A DNA stretch of 63,356 nt, filler included, from Phoronis australis (lineage: Eukaryota; Animalia; Phoronida): the NCBI GenBank assembly GCA_002633005.1. It is 7 parts of 7 records of this genome, joined end to end, with 100 filler letters (N's around TTAATTAATTAA, not from the genome) between each part and the next. Parts side by side here need not be neighbours in the genome. Positions count along the whole stretch, not along the records: positions 18,269 to 44,247 come from NMRA01000145.1; positions 44,348 to 47,042 come from NMRA01003487.1; positions 47,143 to 49,463 come from NMRA01001434.1; positions 49,564 to 52,162 come from NMRA01003569.1; positions 52,263 to 56,063 come from NMRA01002831.1; 2 more parts are not named here. One strand, 5' to 3'. Made by a program: the position numbers and the translations under genes. The notes beneath the pieces were generated by a model. That model was not told the origin of the DNA. It saw nothing but the letters and a program-made list of their open reading frames with translations, and ran no database searches. Below, piece by piece: positions 38,370-52,808 of the stretch; within the stretch, counting starts at the first letter, position 1, and each line of letters opens with the position of its first letter.

Positions 38370-39210
38370 ATTAAGAGCAACTCAGGCGTTGAAATGCGCC
38401 CACGATAGTACCGTAAACGTTGTGCTTCTATGGGTGTTATTGTATCATAAAAATGGTTGTAAAAAACAAATATTTGTCAAATTCCATGAAAATAAGATAT
38501 AAAGGCAACTTCAGTCGTGGCCTTCTCATTAGGAACACATCTGTAAATTCTCATGATGATCCTTTAAGCGGTATGGAAGATAAGGAGGTGGACGCCAAAA
38601 ACGAATGCAGGTGGCGCAGAAAACATTAAATCTGTCTGAAAATGGAAAAGCGTTGGTTGTAGTCTCCTTAATAGAAACCTATTCGCCGAATTTCATAAAA
38701 CAAAATAAATGAAATTCGAAGATACAGAGGCAAACGCAAAAATCATTTTGCTACTAGGTGGCACGGTAGTACATGTATTTGATTCAGTTCAACACTTGTT
38801 ACCCATTTGTTGAAGACTCCATAGGAATACATCTTTTAAATTTCACAAAACTCCTTCCAAGAGCTAAGGAGATTCGGCCGCAGACGCAAAATAACCAAAC
38901 TCGCCACTAGGGGGCGACACAGTAGTCGAACCCGTCCGAAAGTCAACGTCAGTCGTGGCCTCCGTAATAAATGATCTGCAGAATTCCACAAAAATCAGTC
39001 TAGAAACTTCGAAGATAAAGAGGCATGCAAAAAAAATAAAATTGCCTCTAGGGGGCTCCGGGTCGTCGTCATCTGTCGTCAACCATTTAGAAACACACCA
39101 GCCAAATTTCAGTAACATTCTACTAGGGGTTTAGGAGATACAGCCGCGGACGCCGGGCACCCAAACAGAGATGACGGCAATGGAAATGAATGAAGTCACT
39201 CAGCTCATAA
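38370..39210 (+). repeat. Second, more diverged copy of the ~148-bp-monomer element
   Basis: Motifs at ~38606 (partial), 38750, 38903, 39044; shared GAAGATACAGAGGCAAACG and GGTTTAGGAGATACAGC blocks. Confidence 0.8.
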
Positions 39211-40964
39211 AATCGTTCTCAGTGCTTTCCTTAGCGTGATTGGGCTTGATTTCCCTTACTAACAAGAACTTCCACACCACTTGACTTAAGAAAACGCCTC
39301 TGAGTGTATTTGGGGTTTGCCAACTCTAAAACTGCAAATTCAAACAATAATGATCTTTCGGTTTTTTCCAAGACCAGATACCACCTCTCACTCGAGAATG
39401 GAATATGTTGACATCAGTGTTACACCGGTAAGTGGTCTTAATCAAAAGTTAGTTACTTTTCCGGAACGCGGGTTTGTGGCCGCTTTGCCGGATACATATT
39501 ACCAGGAAGAGATAACTATCTTTTCCTGATAAAATGTCATTTTACGAGATGCTAATCGCTTAACCGATTCCACTCAAATCTGATTTTGTTACTTGTTGTA
39601 GCACTTGCATGAGAGATATATTGCATGCACCGGTTTCAAAATTTTCAATGTAACTAAGGCTCACACCTAGAAAAGTGATCTCGGTACAAATTAATACGCA
39701 AACTAAAATGATCCCAACAGCCTGTTGCTACAGTAAGAAACTTAGAATGCACTTTGGAAATTTTCAGCAATAAAGGGTGAACCAAGCTCACGTTAAGTAT
39801 GAAAGTAGACATGCATAATTGTTACCATGGCGACTGAGTTCCATAAAAGTTTTCGTCCTTAAACTAGAATTTGACTAGCATGATAATAAATAATATGAAC
39901 TATGACGCAGAAGGATCTGATTAAGCTTCATATTTCATTAATCCAAATGTAACCCATTTCTGTAAATCAAGTAAGAATTTTCACATTTTGTTGCTTTAAT
40001 ATATCTTGAAGTAGAAAATGTCTTGTTGAAAAACATGAATCAAAAGCACATTTGGTGCATAAAAGTTAGAAAAATATTATGCTGCTGTGACACATTATCA
40101 TACCTTGAACAGAAGTTGACTTTCAAACGAAAAACGATTTCAGTACAATTTCAACAGAATTTAGCGCAGAATGCAATTTCAATTGAGTGGGCAATTCATA
40201 TAAAAATAAATAGAAGAGTCATTATAGTTATGGCACAAGCCTCGGGAACTGTAAAATATCTGCATTTTGTAGCAGTGTGTTTGAAAATGTATTATAGTTA
40301 AATCTTCATCGATGACAATGTTGCCGGTTGAGCATGCCTTTCAGTTCAGAAAATTCACCATGTTGTCCAACGTGAATTGTGAGCACTTTAACCACTCAAT
40401 TCAATAAGTTACAGGTGCGTAATTAAATTCTGGTGTATACCCTTGGATTGTACAGAATGGTAGGTAAAGATATGTGTTACTTAACTTTACTGCTTAATAT
40501 TTGTGAAAAAAATGTTTAAACATTTTAAATACGTAAGCTGTCCTGCTGCCATCGCAAGATGGCCTACCTGACCGAAATAAAGTCATAATTTGACACATAA
40601 ATGGCGATAACTTTTGAATGCACCCCACAATTTTGATATTTGTTTCACTTTTATATTTCAAACATTGATACCTTTCCTGTGATGTAGGCTTTAGTCTTCA
40701 ACGTGAAAAAATATTTCGNCAACTTGCCGAAATTCCTCGCCCACGGTCTCGACGTGCTTCGGTAGTTTAGATTCTGTGATATCAACATCAGATTCCACCA
40801 AACTTTTAAGTTAATTTCAATTCTTGTCGATCACCTCCTTCGTGATTGTTAACGCAAAACAAGGGAACTGACCTCTGACCTAGACTGTGATTGGCAAACA
40901 CTCACACGACGATCGCCACCTGGCGGATGGCCTAGTTCACGAATTTCTGGTGATGCCCCCGCCC

Positions 40965-41574
40965 TTAAATTCGCCATTGGTACTGCCTCGTATAAAAACA
41001 CAACCTCACAATCTACACGACAGCCGGTCTCCACTGAGCAAGATTGTAATACCTACTGGTACATCTTCAGTGATCAAACGAATAAAACCTACAACTGTTG
41101 GCACAGCACTGTGAAAATCACCGTGACTTCAAGGTCACAGTCATCCACTCCTCGTCACTCACAACATTGCCTCGTTTATATTTATAACAATTTGACGTTG
41201 CATGCTATTCTAACGCAGAAGCCACCTTTATACTGTTGCTTGGGCGCTACACTCCACAAAGGTGGATTATGATTCATTAATTGATACGAGTGTGAATGTT
41301 AACTTGTCCCTTATTATTCGTCAAATGCAAAGTGGGATGGCTAATGACCTTTTAGGCTAGTCAAATATCGGGTCAGTTGGGGCGTAAACTGACTGACATC
41401 GAAGCATACGTCATAGCTGATTAAATGACAACGTCTTATTGGTCCCACAGTAAATGGGCGGTAACTTGACACTTTTGGGAAGTACATTTCTAGTCAACTC
41501 TGACGTGCTTCAGTCGATGACTCGTAACGTGTCAGAAAAGACCCGTCAGAAGGTGACGCTAGGGGCGTTCCATA
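40965..41574. repeat. Near-identical duplicate of 37019-37619
   Basis: Colinear from TTAAATTC to GGGGCGTTCCATA; each copy follows a single-N join (37018, 40719). Confidence 0.9.
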
Positions 41575-43069
41575 GGCCTGCCCTTATACGAGTCTGCAGT
41601 TTGTTTACACAACAGGTAACTCTACTCCGGGTGATAACATCATTTGTATCTAACAAAGATACTCTATACCGATATATTTATTTGTATGCCAGGCCACGGA
41701 CAGTGCTGTTCTTGAATGAAACTATTTACGGATATTTAGGCAAACCTTCAAGTTGGTAAATGTGAGCCTGTCGACTTTGAACCTAGAAGTTACTCCCAGC
41801 TTTGAACATACCATTTTGTTCGACATAACTTTCAAAATTTTAATGAAAAACAAAATAACCGAATGCTCGGCCACATTCCACTCACAGACAGCAGACGTCT
41901 TATCACTGTCGTTGATAAATCATGAGAAGCTGAAACGTAAACACAACCTCTGCATACTTACGTCGTTACCAGCAATATGTAAACTAGCGGGTCATCCGTC
42001 AGGTTCTCTGCATTAACTAGGTCAGGTCCGCAAAAGGTACTCGCTCATCCGAAACCTTTACGACAAACAGATGGCGCTTCTCATCAATCACGTGTCATTT
42101 TATCGCTCAATTAATAAGACTGTCTGCCAGAGAGAGAAAAGAGAGAAAACGCTTTTATTTACAGTACATAATAATAATACATTGATAAAAATTTGATTTC
42201 AATTAGGAGGCCTTCTAAAGGTAATTGACCGCTGATAAGAAGGTCCCCTGTACAAGATAAACAAATGGAAATGCAAAAATCAGTAGGAGTACTTAAGAAT
42301 TAGTGCTGAAAACGACCGACACGCCAAGAACCAAGAAGTAAACTGGCACAGCTCAGGAGATTTTGAGAATACAATTAGATACTGTTACATATGAAGCAAT
42401 TGGAAATATGACAAACTGGATCGTAGTTGCTAATAATAAAATTGGTTAAGAACCTGGAGAGTGCTTGCAAAGAGAATCTTGACCAAGCTTCTTGACCTAC
42501 ATACTGCTACTGCTGCAGCGGCGATTCCACTGTTCGAAGCGACAAAATAAGCCGAAACTTTGGCCATACCATGTTAAACATAATTTTTTTCAATTTCACT
42601 GAAACTTGGCCACGTTTTTAATAAAATACTTATCTATGTTATGTGCTATCGGCAAATGTGAGTGGTTCATAAATAAGACCCCCACGCTGCATTTTCTGCG
42701 AATCCCATGTATCATGGAGGGTGTGGGTTTATATTGCACAAAGATAAAACCCGAGGTGGTTCGTATGATGTATTAAAAGCTTCTGATGTGAGAGTATAAA
42801 AATCTAACATATAGCATGCAAGTGAACCTATTCGACCAATCAGAATGTGCGCCAAATATAAAACTAACCAATGGGAAAGATTAGCTAGGGCTGGGATGAT
42901 TTGTAAATATATGTCAAGAGGTAGCAATTAATAAGTTTAAACTGAACATATACAGGAAGTACCTAAGCTAAATATATGTCAAGAGGTAACAATTAATAAC
43001 TTGAACTGAACATGTACAGGAAAAACCTAAGCTAAATAAACCAAGAAAACCTGTCACAAACACATTCCA

Positions 43070-43600
43070 ATAGAGGGCGCTTACTGAGTGATTTTCGCGC
43101 ATGCGCAGTTCACGGTTTCAATATTGCTGGTAATCATGTGGCCATTCGCAGTACTCGCGGACGCAGGACTCAGTTCAGACATTCAACTGAGCAAAATTAT
43201 TTATCATGCCCCAACCACAGAATTCACTATGTAACATATCACATATACATTCTTAATTCTTAGATTTTGAGGATTGACGAAAATCACAATACATAGAATT
43301 ATCCATATCTATCTGTGACTGCTTGGTCCGTACTCATGGCCTCCACTGGCGGCGCCAGCATGTGTGTGACGTCAGTGGATCAAGGGTTTTGGCCAACATT
43401 CACCATTCTGCAGTCGGCGAGAAGGGACATTATCCGCCTACCAGTCGGAAGTGTCACTGACGTCACACGTCATTACGTAATGGGTTTAAATTTACCCGTT
43501 AAAGAGGCACCTCGACCCAAGGTGAAGGTCATACGTGTATCCGGGAAACGTCGGTAAACCGAAAGGTCAAATTGGAAATCACGTGACTTCTGACGTCATC
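43070..43600. promoter_or_regulatory. CpG-rich, promoter-like motif cluster
   Basis: NRF1-type GCGCATGCGC 43097; three TGACGTCA palindromes (43367, 43458, 43591); ETS-type CGGAAGT 43446; E-box TCACGTGAC 43579. Confidence 0.4.
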
Positions 43601-44473
43601 AGGTGTGTAGTTGATAAGTTTAAAAAGGTGGTTGCAGCGCTTGAGTTATTTCACAAACGCCGACTGAAAAACATACTTTTCGAGACAATTGTACGCAGGT
43701 GTAAGCCCGCCGTGTTTCCTCAAACACGGAAGTCTGAGCCTGAGGCGATCGCTGTGAACAAAAGCACGAGTTCAAGCGCAAGTTCTGTATGCGATAAGTT
43801 GGGGATGGGCGATTACCCGAGAGGTGGACGCTTACGAAAGATTTCAGCGGCTTTTGGAGTACAAGTTCTAACTCATGCCACCTCTGAAATGAACCAAAAT
43901 ACACGTTAACGCCGATGAATTAGAAAAATATCTTAGGACACCCTCAAACCCCGTGGGATGCCCAGTCTCCCATATTTCTCCCGTTCTCCGTCAAGAATGT
44001 GCTAGCATGCCTTTGGTAATGGCTTACGATATTCTGTTTCGATGAACAACGAATTTGTTAGTTTCTAATTTACGTGACGTTTATTTACTTGTGAACATCG
44101 GCAGATTCATAGATGAATTTTTTCACAATTAGAAACTATTATGTAATCCGTAAGTACAATAGGCGACTTTTGTCTATCCCAAATGACAGTTCAAAGGTAT
44201 TGATGTAATTCGAACAGTTCTCAGCAGTGGCGGATTTAGGGGGGGGGNNNNNNNNNNNNNNNNNNNNNNNNNNNNNNNNNNNNNNNNNNNNTTAATTAAT
44301 TAANNNNNNNNNNNNNNNNNNNNNNNNNNNNNNNNNNNNNNNNNNNNACATGCAAGCACGAAAAATTAAATGGATGAAAACGATTTTCATAAAAACCCCG
44401 AAGGGTGCGAGTCAAACTATCAACTGTCAACTGTGGATATCTCAACATTTCTATCCGACCATTCATGCAATCT

Positions 44474-44917
<444 letters not shown>

Positions 44918-46327
44918 TCAGAGACTGTCTGATCATTCTGTTTTAGTCTACGCTGTCTATGGGCTATCGGGTCAGATCACAAATTGGTAGGCCTATATTG
45001 ACAAAAAATTATGCAGACATTTTATTTCTTAAATGACAGAGGGTGCTTGTTAAATTCATGGTTATTATTCACGGTAAAAAGTGAACGAGTGAAGACCATA
45101 AATTTGTTCTGAACTTGTTGGACCCCGTTTTTGTGTATTTTCACTTTCGAAAGTTATCGCCAGCCCTTGTGGTACACGAACGAAATCCAGAACAGCCATG
45201 ACCACGACCGTGTTCCGAGTTCTCAACTTTGTCTTAAAATTTTGATAAGCATCGTCTACGTGACTTACCTTAGTGGCCAGAAACAAATTTATTTTCAGGT
45301 GAAATCTTTCGGTAGTCAACAGCAGACAAACATTTTTTGTCAAATATATATTCGAAAGGAACTTTCTGTTGGCAGTAAAAATGTCATTGGTTGAAAAATA
45401 ATGTTCACGCTTTTTCATTGGATAACTTCGTGCATTTTTCATTGGTTTGCGCAAGCCTGTCATCTATCGGCAAGATGGAGATAATCGGTGCTGGGTCGCA
45501 AAAAAACTTCAAAGTATCCGCTGGAAAAGTTTGATTGTTACACTTGACGTCAGGTGCATTGTTCAACAATATCAACGTCGTTATTGTTGCTATACGGCGT
45601 ATAACTTTTATGCAAGTGGGCCCAACTGGACAAAGTTGGTAATCTCAGTTTAATGGCAAGCATGTTTTAACATGCCTTTAAAAAAGCAGGCAAACATAGT
45701 CAAAGCACATACGGTAACCCTACCTTAAAACTCAGGGGTGATGCCAAGCTGAAATATACACCGTTGCCATGGCAAACAAGTATTTTATGAGTCAAAATCA
45801 GAAATTTCAGGTTTTGAGGTAAAATCGTGTTTTAAGCAGATAACCATTAAGTCACCCTTTGATGAAATTTCGGGGTGTTTATCTGATTTGGGTATCCTAA
45901 CCGTGGTAACAGTCAAGATCCTCAAGATTAGGCTTGATAGCAATCATGCTAGATAACAGTGCTTGATTTTGTCAGAACGTAAAGTTGCGGGGTTGTTTGG
46001 ATACAAAAGCTTAAAATTATTTATGAAGGCAGTTGGCATCCTCCAGATTTGAGGTTCGCTAGTCACCTGTTGCCGAGGGTGATCCGGCAATTGTGATGGT
46101 AGTAAAGCTTTAATCGCAATAATTTAAATATTTTGTTTGAAGTTCTGTGCATCAAGGGTTAACTAACTGGTTGAATACTGCCTGTGAGGTGGACTTTGTG
46201 AAAACGTTACCGGCCGTACAAAAATCGTTGGAATTTTGAAATGCGCACCACAATTGAGCATAAACAGTTTTCGGGAAGAAAGGGAGTTTGTGATCTAGTC
46301 GATATATTTTGAAAAGATTGGTTTAAA

Positions 46328-46573
46328 CATGCGCGCACCCAGCCTTTAATATGGGGGATCAAATTTCTTACGACGTGGGCCTTTTACTAACAAAAAACGA
46401 GAAGACTTAAAAAACAGGGTACCGCGTTCGAAGCCGTGAATTGTGCATTTATGACTTATTTGATGGTCTTTTGTATCTTTTTCTCCGACTTTTTGCTTCT
46501 CTGAGGCGGATCTTTTTGCCCATATCGCCAAATGGGGGGACTCTTGGAGCCCCCCGAGCCGGGTGCGCGCATG
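46328..46573. mobile_element. MITE with CATGCGCGCACCC TIRs; inverted relative at 55868-56063
   Basis: TIR CATGCGCGCACCCAGC / GCCGGGTGCGCGCATG; exact 5-bp TSD TTAAA. Confidence 0.85.
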
Positions 46574-48475
46574 TTAAATAGTTCTTACTTTCCCGTAGTA
46601 AACACGTGACTTGGTTTATGTACTCTACCTAAGTACATAGTTGGTTGACGGGCTTGCTGAGTGTCCGGAGCATTCGGAACACCTCGGTTATTTTCGTGGT
46701 CTCAATTAAATATTGTCCTTCGGAGGCGGTTCGTATTTGTGCATGTGCGAACTTACATCAATACAGCAAGCCATGTGACTCTTTTCAGAATCAGTGATGG
46801 GCCTTGCCGTCGAATGCTTAGGGATATCCCTGTGATAACAGTAGGCTAAACACTATATCAGGAGACTTCGTATTGAGACTTCGCGTTTACGAATTTTGAG
46901 ACCTGCCAGACTGAAGCATTGGTTTTCACGGTTTCTTTGAAATTCCTTTGCTGTAGTGATTCAAATTCCCCCATGTTCAGAAATGAAGCACCTCTTAGAG
47001 ATAATTTGAGGCCAGTGGCGGATTTCAAGAGGGGGGCCAAGGNNNNNNNNNNNNNNNNNNNNNNNNNNNNNNNNNNNNNNNNNNNNTTAATTAATTAANN
47101 NNNNNNNNNNNNNNNNNNNNNNNNNNNNNNNNNNNNNNNNNNGCCCTCTCAATATTGGGCTGTAACCAGCGAACCTTCATTGAAATGCGCTGGTTTCATT
47201 CCCTGTCGTACAAAAGAACAAAGGTGTCGGTCCCATGTTGCTGTGATTTTGGTTATTGCGACCTTTCTTAATCGACTTCTTAAATTATATTGTACCTGTT
47301 TTGTTGATTAGACAATGCTATGTACGTTTTTACTGGTGTATTCGAAATAATAAAACTGCATACTTTCGTTAGTGGGTTTTCTCTGTTTGCCGTGATCTAG
47401 TCGACTGGGGGTTGGAGGGTGGTGTGTAGCGACGGCCAATCAAAACAGCTCTGATTTCCTTGGGAAACCCATTCTTAAACGTGTAAGAGGTTAATGTGAT
47501 TAAGGACTTCCCTAAGTGATGGGAGTGGGTCCTTTTTTCTGTAAATGGCTATGCTCTAGTTTCAAAATTAGTTGTGGGTAGATTACCCTATTGTGTTATG
47601 TGTATTGTAATTGTGAAGTGTTCTAAAATGTTTCAAATCTGAGAAGTGTATCACTTGAGCCTGATGGCTGTCAGGCACGCAAACACCGGCACAGGCATAC
47701 ATATCATTTACCTCTGGCTTAGTATTCCTGTGTGGTGCACCTTATAATTACATGTAGATGCCAACTGGTGCAGTGGGGTGTGTAAAAGTGCTATTTTTGG
47801 GCAGAAATGTTAATTGGTGGAGTGCTCCCTGTATAATGTTCAGTGACGGAGACCACGTAATGCCGATTGCTAGCACTAGCGGAGCTAGGATGACGTAAGG
47901 GGGCTACCACACTTCGGGAAAAAGTTGACTGTGACGGTAGACCTAAAGAAAGCTTGTCCGACGGTTTTTCTGTTTGTGGTGGGCCGAGACACGAACGGTG
48001 ATGAGTCCAGTCTTCTGATGGTACACATTTTTGCTACATAATCTGTATACGTTGAACATCGTACCGGCTATGCACCTCAGTGTTTCGTAACCATCTGATT
48101 GCGCCTCCGCTAGTACCCAACGCCACCTGGACTGTCGTGTTGTTCGGTCATCGTGAGTGTGGGTGTAGCTGACTGTTGGAACCGTCTGCATGAAAGTCAT
48201 CTCGTTTCTGCTGAAGTTTGACTGAAGCAGTTCAAGTCATCAATATAGTTTTATTATTAGAGTACCTGCTTTCATAGCTCCCGTTTCGTTCATAGTTTCA
48301 AATTTTCACGGATGTCGCGTTTTAAAAGCTGTTGATGACTAACGAATCTAGCATGTTGGGAGATAGAGCGACTAACTTTCAAAGGACCAGGGCTGTTTTA
48401 GAAGGATTTCCTCTTATGATATCGATTTCCTCGTATTTGATTTCCACTTTCCTTTTTTTCGTCTTCTTTTTATCA

Positions 48476-49030
48476 GGGCTGTTCCAGCAAAATCTGTGTG
48501 GGAGGGGGGAAGGCAACTGAAATAAAAAATTATGAGTGGTTGCGTTTGATTTAATTCAAAATGGCTGGTGGTCGTACTTCATAAAAATAAAAATTTAAAG
48601 GTCGTTGTTGTTTCATTGGGCCATAAATGTGTGATGGTGGGTAATTTTAGTAAATTTTATAAACAATCCGCACAAAATCAAAAACTGAAACAAAAACGCA
48701 ACTTTCAAAAAGCTCCGACTTTTTCACTCCCTCCGATCTCCTCATCGGCATGCCCATAACACCATTTAACCACAGGTGCTGGAATTTCTCGATGGCTAAT
48801 AAGAAACATGTTTTCTTCAGTAGTAATGAATGACGTTAGTGGTGATGGAGGAACAGATAAACTCAGCGCCTGTACAGTCAACCACAAGAGCAAAAAAAAT
48901 TACTGGTGGTTGCATTTCAAACTTATAAAAATTACGGGTGGTAGGCTGAAGAAATAAATGAAAAATATGGGTGGTGGGTGCGAAAAAAGGTGCCTTCCCC
49001 CCTCCCATACAGATTTTACTGGAACAGCCC
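48476..49030. mobile_element. PIF/Harbinger (Tourist-like) MITE
   Basis: ~40-bp TIR GGGCTGTTCCAGYAAAATCTGTRTGGGAGGGGG(G)AAGGCA; 3-bp TSD TCA. Confidence 0.85.
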
Positions 49031-50250
49031 TCAATGTTTTACATTTTGTTCATGCAAAAACTCAATTTCAGTTAAATTTTACTACACAAAATATTTCTTT
49101 CACACAACCCTATTTATCTGTAGAACGATACATCACCTGGAAAGTTTTCCTCTTTTTTGTCATTGATCATTCCAATCCCTGAAGGACTAATCTCGGTGAC
49201 AGCCGGTGCGTTTCTTGTCACTCCTAGGCCTATATACATATATTTTTCGGTTCCTAACTACGGAAACGTTGCGACATTCAATTATGCGTTATGGAGGCTT
49301 GTTCTCATATTACTTTATCACTAGAGGAGGGACGGGTTTAGAAAGAAGACAGTTGATGGCGGGAAGGGGGTTTAGTCTCCTAGAAGGGGGTTTAGACTCA
49401 TGGTGACGTCATCGTGTGGTTTATCACAGTGCCCAGTGCATACAGAGTCGTTGGTAGGTTCACNNNNNNNNNNNNNNNNNNNNNNNNNNNNNNNNNNNNN
49501 NNNNNNNTTAATTAATTAANNNNNNNNNNNNNNNNNNNNNNNNNNNNNNNNNNNNNNNNNNNNTGCTAGTCATAAGAGATGGTGTGACCAGTGGGTAACT
49601 GGTCAAGCGACGGAGTGCTCAAGTGAAGATGGTCATCAGTCTGGAGAAGAATGTCCTAATTCAACTTTTGAATTGAATGAAAAGTAAAACTGATATGTTC
49701 TGTTTTAAAGCATTCTAATTACTAAGTAGGTGCTTGTAAACATGCTGTGAGTGCAATTAAAGCTCCATTAGTTTTCTATGTGGTCGAACTGCATTACAGC
49801 AAATCTCGGCAGTGATAGTGAATTGATAGTATTAGCTGATTGTAATCAGCAATTTCTGTGCAGGCAAACTCACTATCAATGTTCATCACTGTTTTGATAC
49901 AACTATCAGTGGTTCTGTATGGGTTTACTTATGCTTACAAATTCCACAAATTGTATGCTAACTGAGCTATATACAATAACCACTTCCCAAAATACCACCA
50001 CTAACACCTTCTTTGTTTTGCAGTATTTACCCCTATACTATTGTCCCCATTTCCTTCAAGTAAAATAGACATGTATATTGTCCCCACTTGAAAATTATAT
50101 AATTTTTGAAGCATTTTTATGTCAAAAAATGTTTGTGTCAGTAAAAAGCATTGCAGAATGCGGAAGTACTCGCACAGAAATTCACCTATTGTCAGATGGT
50201 GCTGCGGCATAGTGTGCGTCTTCTGGTTACGTATGGGAACTGTGAGTCGT

Positions 50251-50439
50251 ATCAGGCAGAACACTGCTGTAAACATCGGGTAGAACACTGCTGTAAACAT
50301 CGGGTAGAACACTGCTGTAAACATCAGGCAGAACACTGCTGTAAACATCAGGCAGAACACTGCTGTAAACATCTGGCAGAACACTGCTGTAAACATCAGG
50401 CAGAACACTGCTATAAACATCGGGTAGACCACTGCTGTA
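50251..50439. repeat. 24-bp minisatellite, ~8 copies (ATCRGGYAGAACACTGCTGTAAAC)
   Basis: Directly visible; explains three overlapping repetitive ORFs. Confidence 0.95.
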
Positions 50440-52679
50440 TTTCTGTAGTTGCTTAACAAACACCTTGCAAAATATAGAATACGTAGTTTCTTCAAANTAA
50501 CGCTTCAGGAATTTTATGTTTGCAACAAGGCCTATCTATATCATTGATAAAATATCAAGCCTACGATATAGCCTTTCAACAGACGTTGGCTCGTGGCAGA
50601 TTTTGCCATGAGGGAGCGACATGTTGTAAAATAAAAAAAAATAAAACTGGCACCCTGCATGAATTTCTAGATGAGCCCCATAAGATAAACATTTACCTAG
50701 CCTATTTTTTATTTTACATCAAATTTTGTCATTCCAATGCCGATAAAGCTGGAAATAGCGAGTTGAAATGCAATTTGAAAAGCAGAGTTGGGCATGATAA
50801 TCGTTATTCAACTGTCTGACCGTGTTTTAGTGGCCCTACCTAAAACTACCGTAAATTTTCTTATAGAAGCTGGGTTTCTGATAGAAGGCTTCCACATCTG
50901 GAAGCCGGTGTAGGTTTACTTAAATTAGTAAACATTGGCTCTCCAATACCAGGTGGAACTGCCATACCCTTTGACATGATTTTTCTGAAAATTGTAATTT
51001 TGGCCCAGTAATTAATAAACACGAGCAGGTCTCTCATAGAAGCCTCTAATAGGGAAGTCTGAAATTAGTAAATGCTGTGGCTTGTATTAGAAGCTTTAAG
51101 TTGGGTAAATTGATGCATATTTCTGCCTTTGCAAGAAATGTATTGAAATCAGTAAGTAGGGATTTAATTTGGATACAGCAAACTTCGGTTACAAGCATTT
51201 AGCGTGAACCCACCAGTTCATTGCACACGTTTATGAAAACTGCCGATGTAAGAAAGTTGACAGAAGCAGTTATTTACAACATGGGTTTTATTGTCAATAT
51301 AAACAGATGTACAATGAATGCAAGTGGTAGCCAAGCTCTTATACTCCATTTTCACTCTCACAAAATTAATTTAAATTGCTTTTTATGGCCACCAGTGACA
51401 ATAAATACATTATTTAAAAATTGAGCATCTGTAATAATGATTTAACATAAATAATAAGCAATTGGCAGGATTTAATTAAATATTTCAAATTGCATTTGCT
51501 AAAAAACAAATCACAGTGCAACCCACTTTGTTCCAAAACTTGTGCAATAATTAATTTCAAGACCAAAGAAAATATTTATAAAGCATAAATTATAATTATA
51601 ATGGCAATAGTCACTGACAGAAGTTCAATATTTTGAGAACCAGTTTGATGCCTGTTATTCAGTCAATAAAACTTGTACTCAAAATGCAGAACCACTGCAA
51701 GTGAAAATTATCTTTAAAATTTAATTATTAGGGTTCGGAAAATTTTAAAGACAAAAATTCACTATAACTGAACAATTTAAAGCACAGAGTCATGTTGCCA
51801 AGTTAACGGCTTATTTGAATATATTCCAGGCTTCCTTGAACAGAGTTTGGTTATAACTTTAGATGTATTGGACTATCCATATCACAGACATCTCAATACT
51901 ATGTCTATGATCCAGACAGTCCCAGCATTACTTCATCAACATCATGAGCCAACATAATTTAATCACTCAAACATGGGATCCTCAAATGACACGTCAAGTA
52001 GCCTTTTCACACAGGGCTCGACATAACGAGCTGCAGGTCGCATTTGCGACCTGAAATTTGGAAATGCGAGCTGAGATTTTTGTCATCTCGTATAAAGTCG
52101 CAAAATGCGACCTGGAATTTCCAACGAATGCGAGCTGAGTTTTTACACTTCTCAACAGATACNNNNNNNNNNNNNNNNNNNNNNNNNNNNNNNNNNNNNN
52201 NNNNNNTTAATTAATTAANNNNNNNNNNNNNNNNNNNNNNNNNNNNNNNNNNNNNNNNNNNNATGGGTTTTAGAGAACAAATGAGTCTCGCCATCCTCAT
52301 CATTTAAAACTGCATTTCCTTATGTTCTGATATCCTCTAAACAAAATTAAAACGAGGAGACTCACTCGCACAGAGATGACCCAAAATGTCATTGCCATAA
52401 ACACAAAGAAGATACAACTGCAAGTAAGAAAAAATCTTCAGAAAATCAAATTTGGCAAATTCGTCTAAAGTAAGCAGCTTCTCTTTAATTGCAGACTATT
52501 CCTAACAATACATGCCAGAGCCTTCGACCGTATAGAGTTAGTTCACTGATTTCTTTTACGAGACGATTCCCCTCAGCTGTGTTGATTCATTCACACTTAG
52601 AGTTTTCGATCTGACCTATGTAGCGCTGAGTGTTACTAAATTTTTCGCTAGAGTGCGCGAGCGCCTGCAAAGCACTCAC

Positions 52680-52808
52680 CTGGTTGAAAGCTTTCGCACA
52701 CGAAGCTTCTCGTTGTCCCACAGTCTACGTCCACCCAGCAGCCAGGGCTTCTGAAGAAAGCAACACAGTTCTCTGAGTTCCCTCCGCTAGGCTCACCGCT
52801 GCACATTC
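52680..52808 (-). CDS. C-type lectin domain, C-terminal exon (GMCSGEPSGGNSENCVAFFRSPGCWVDVDCGTTRSFVCESFQP)
   Basis: GEP...ENCV...W.D..C....FVCE signature; TTCCAG acceptor, GTGAGT donor, phases 1/1. Confidence 0.9.

Noticed and set aside
40887-41114. 75-aa ORF as a gene
   Set aside because: The near-identical copy at 37019-37150 has frame-shifting indels and there is no recognisable homology.
50001-50495. Repetitive ORFs or a CRISPR-like array
   Set aside because: Contiguous 24-bp units with no unique spacers and no cas genes; a simple minisatellite.
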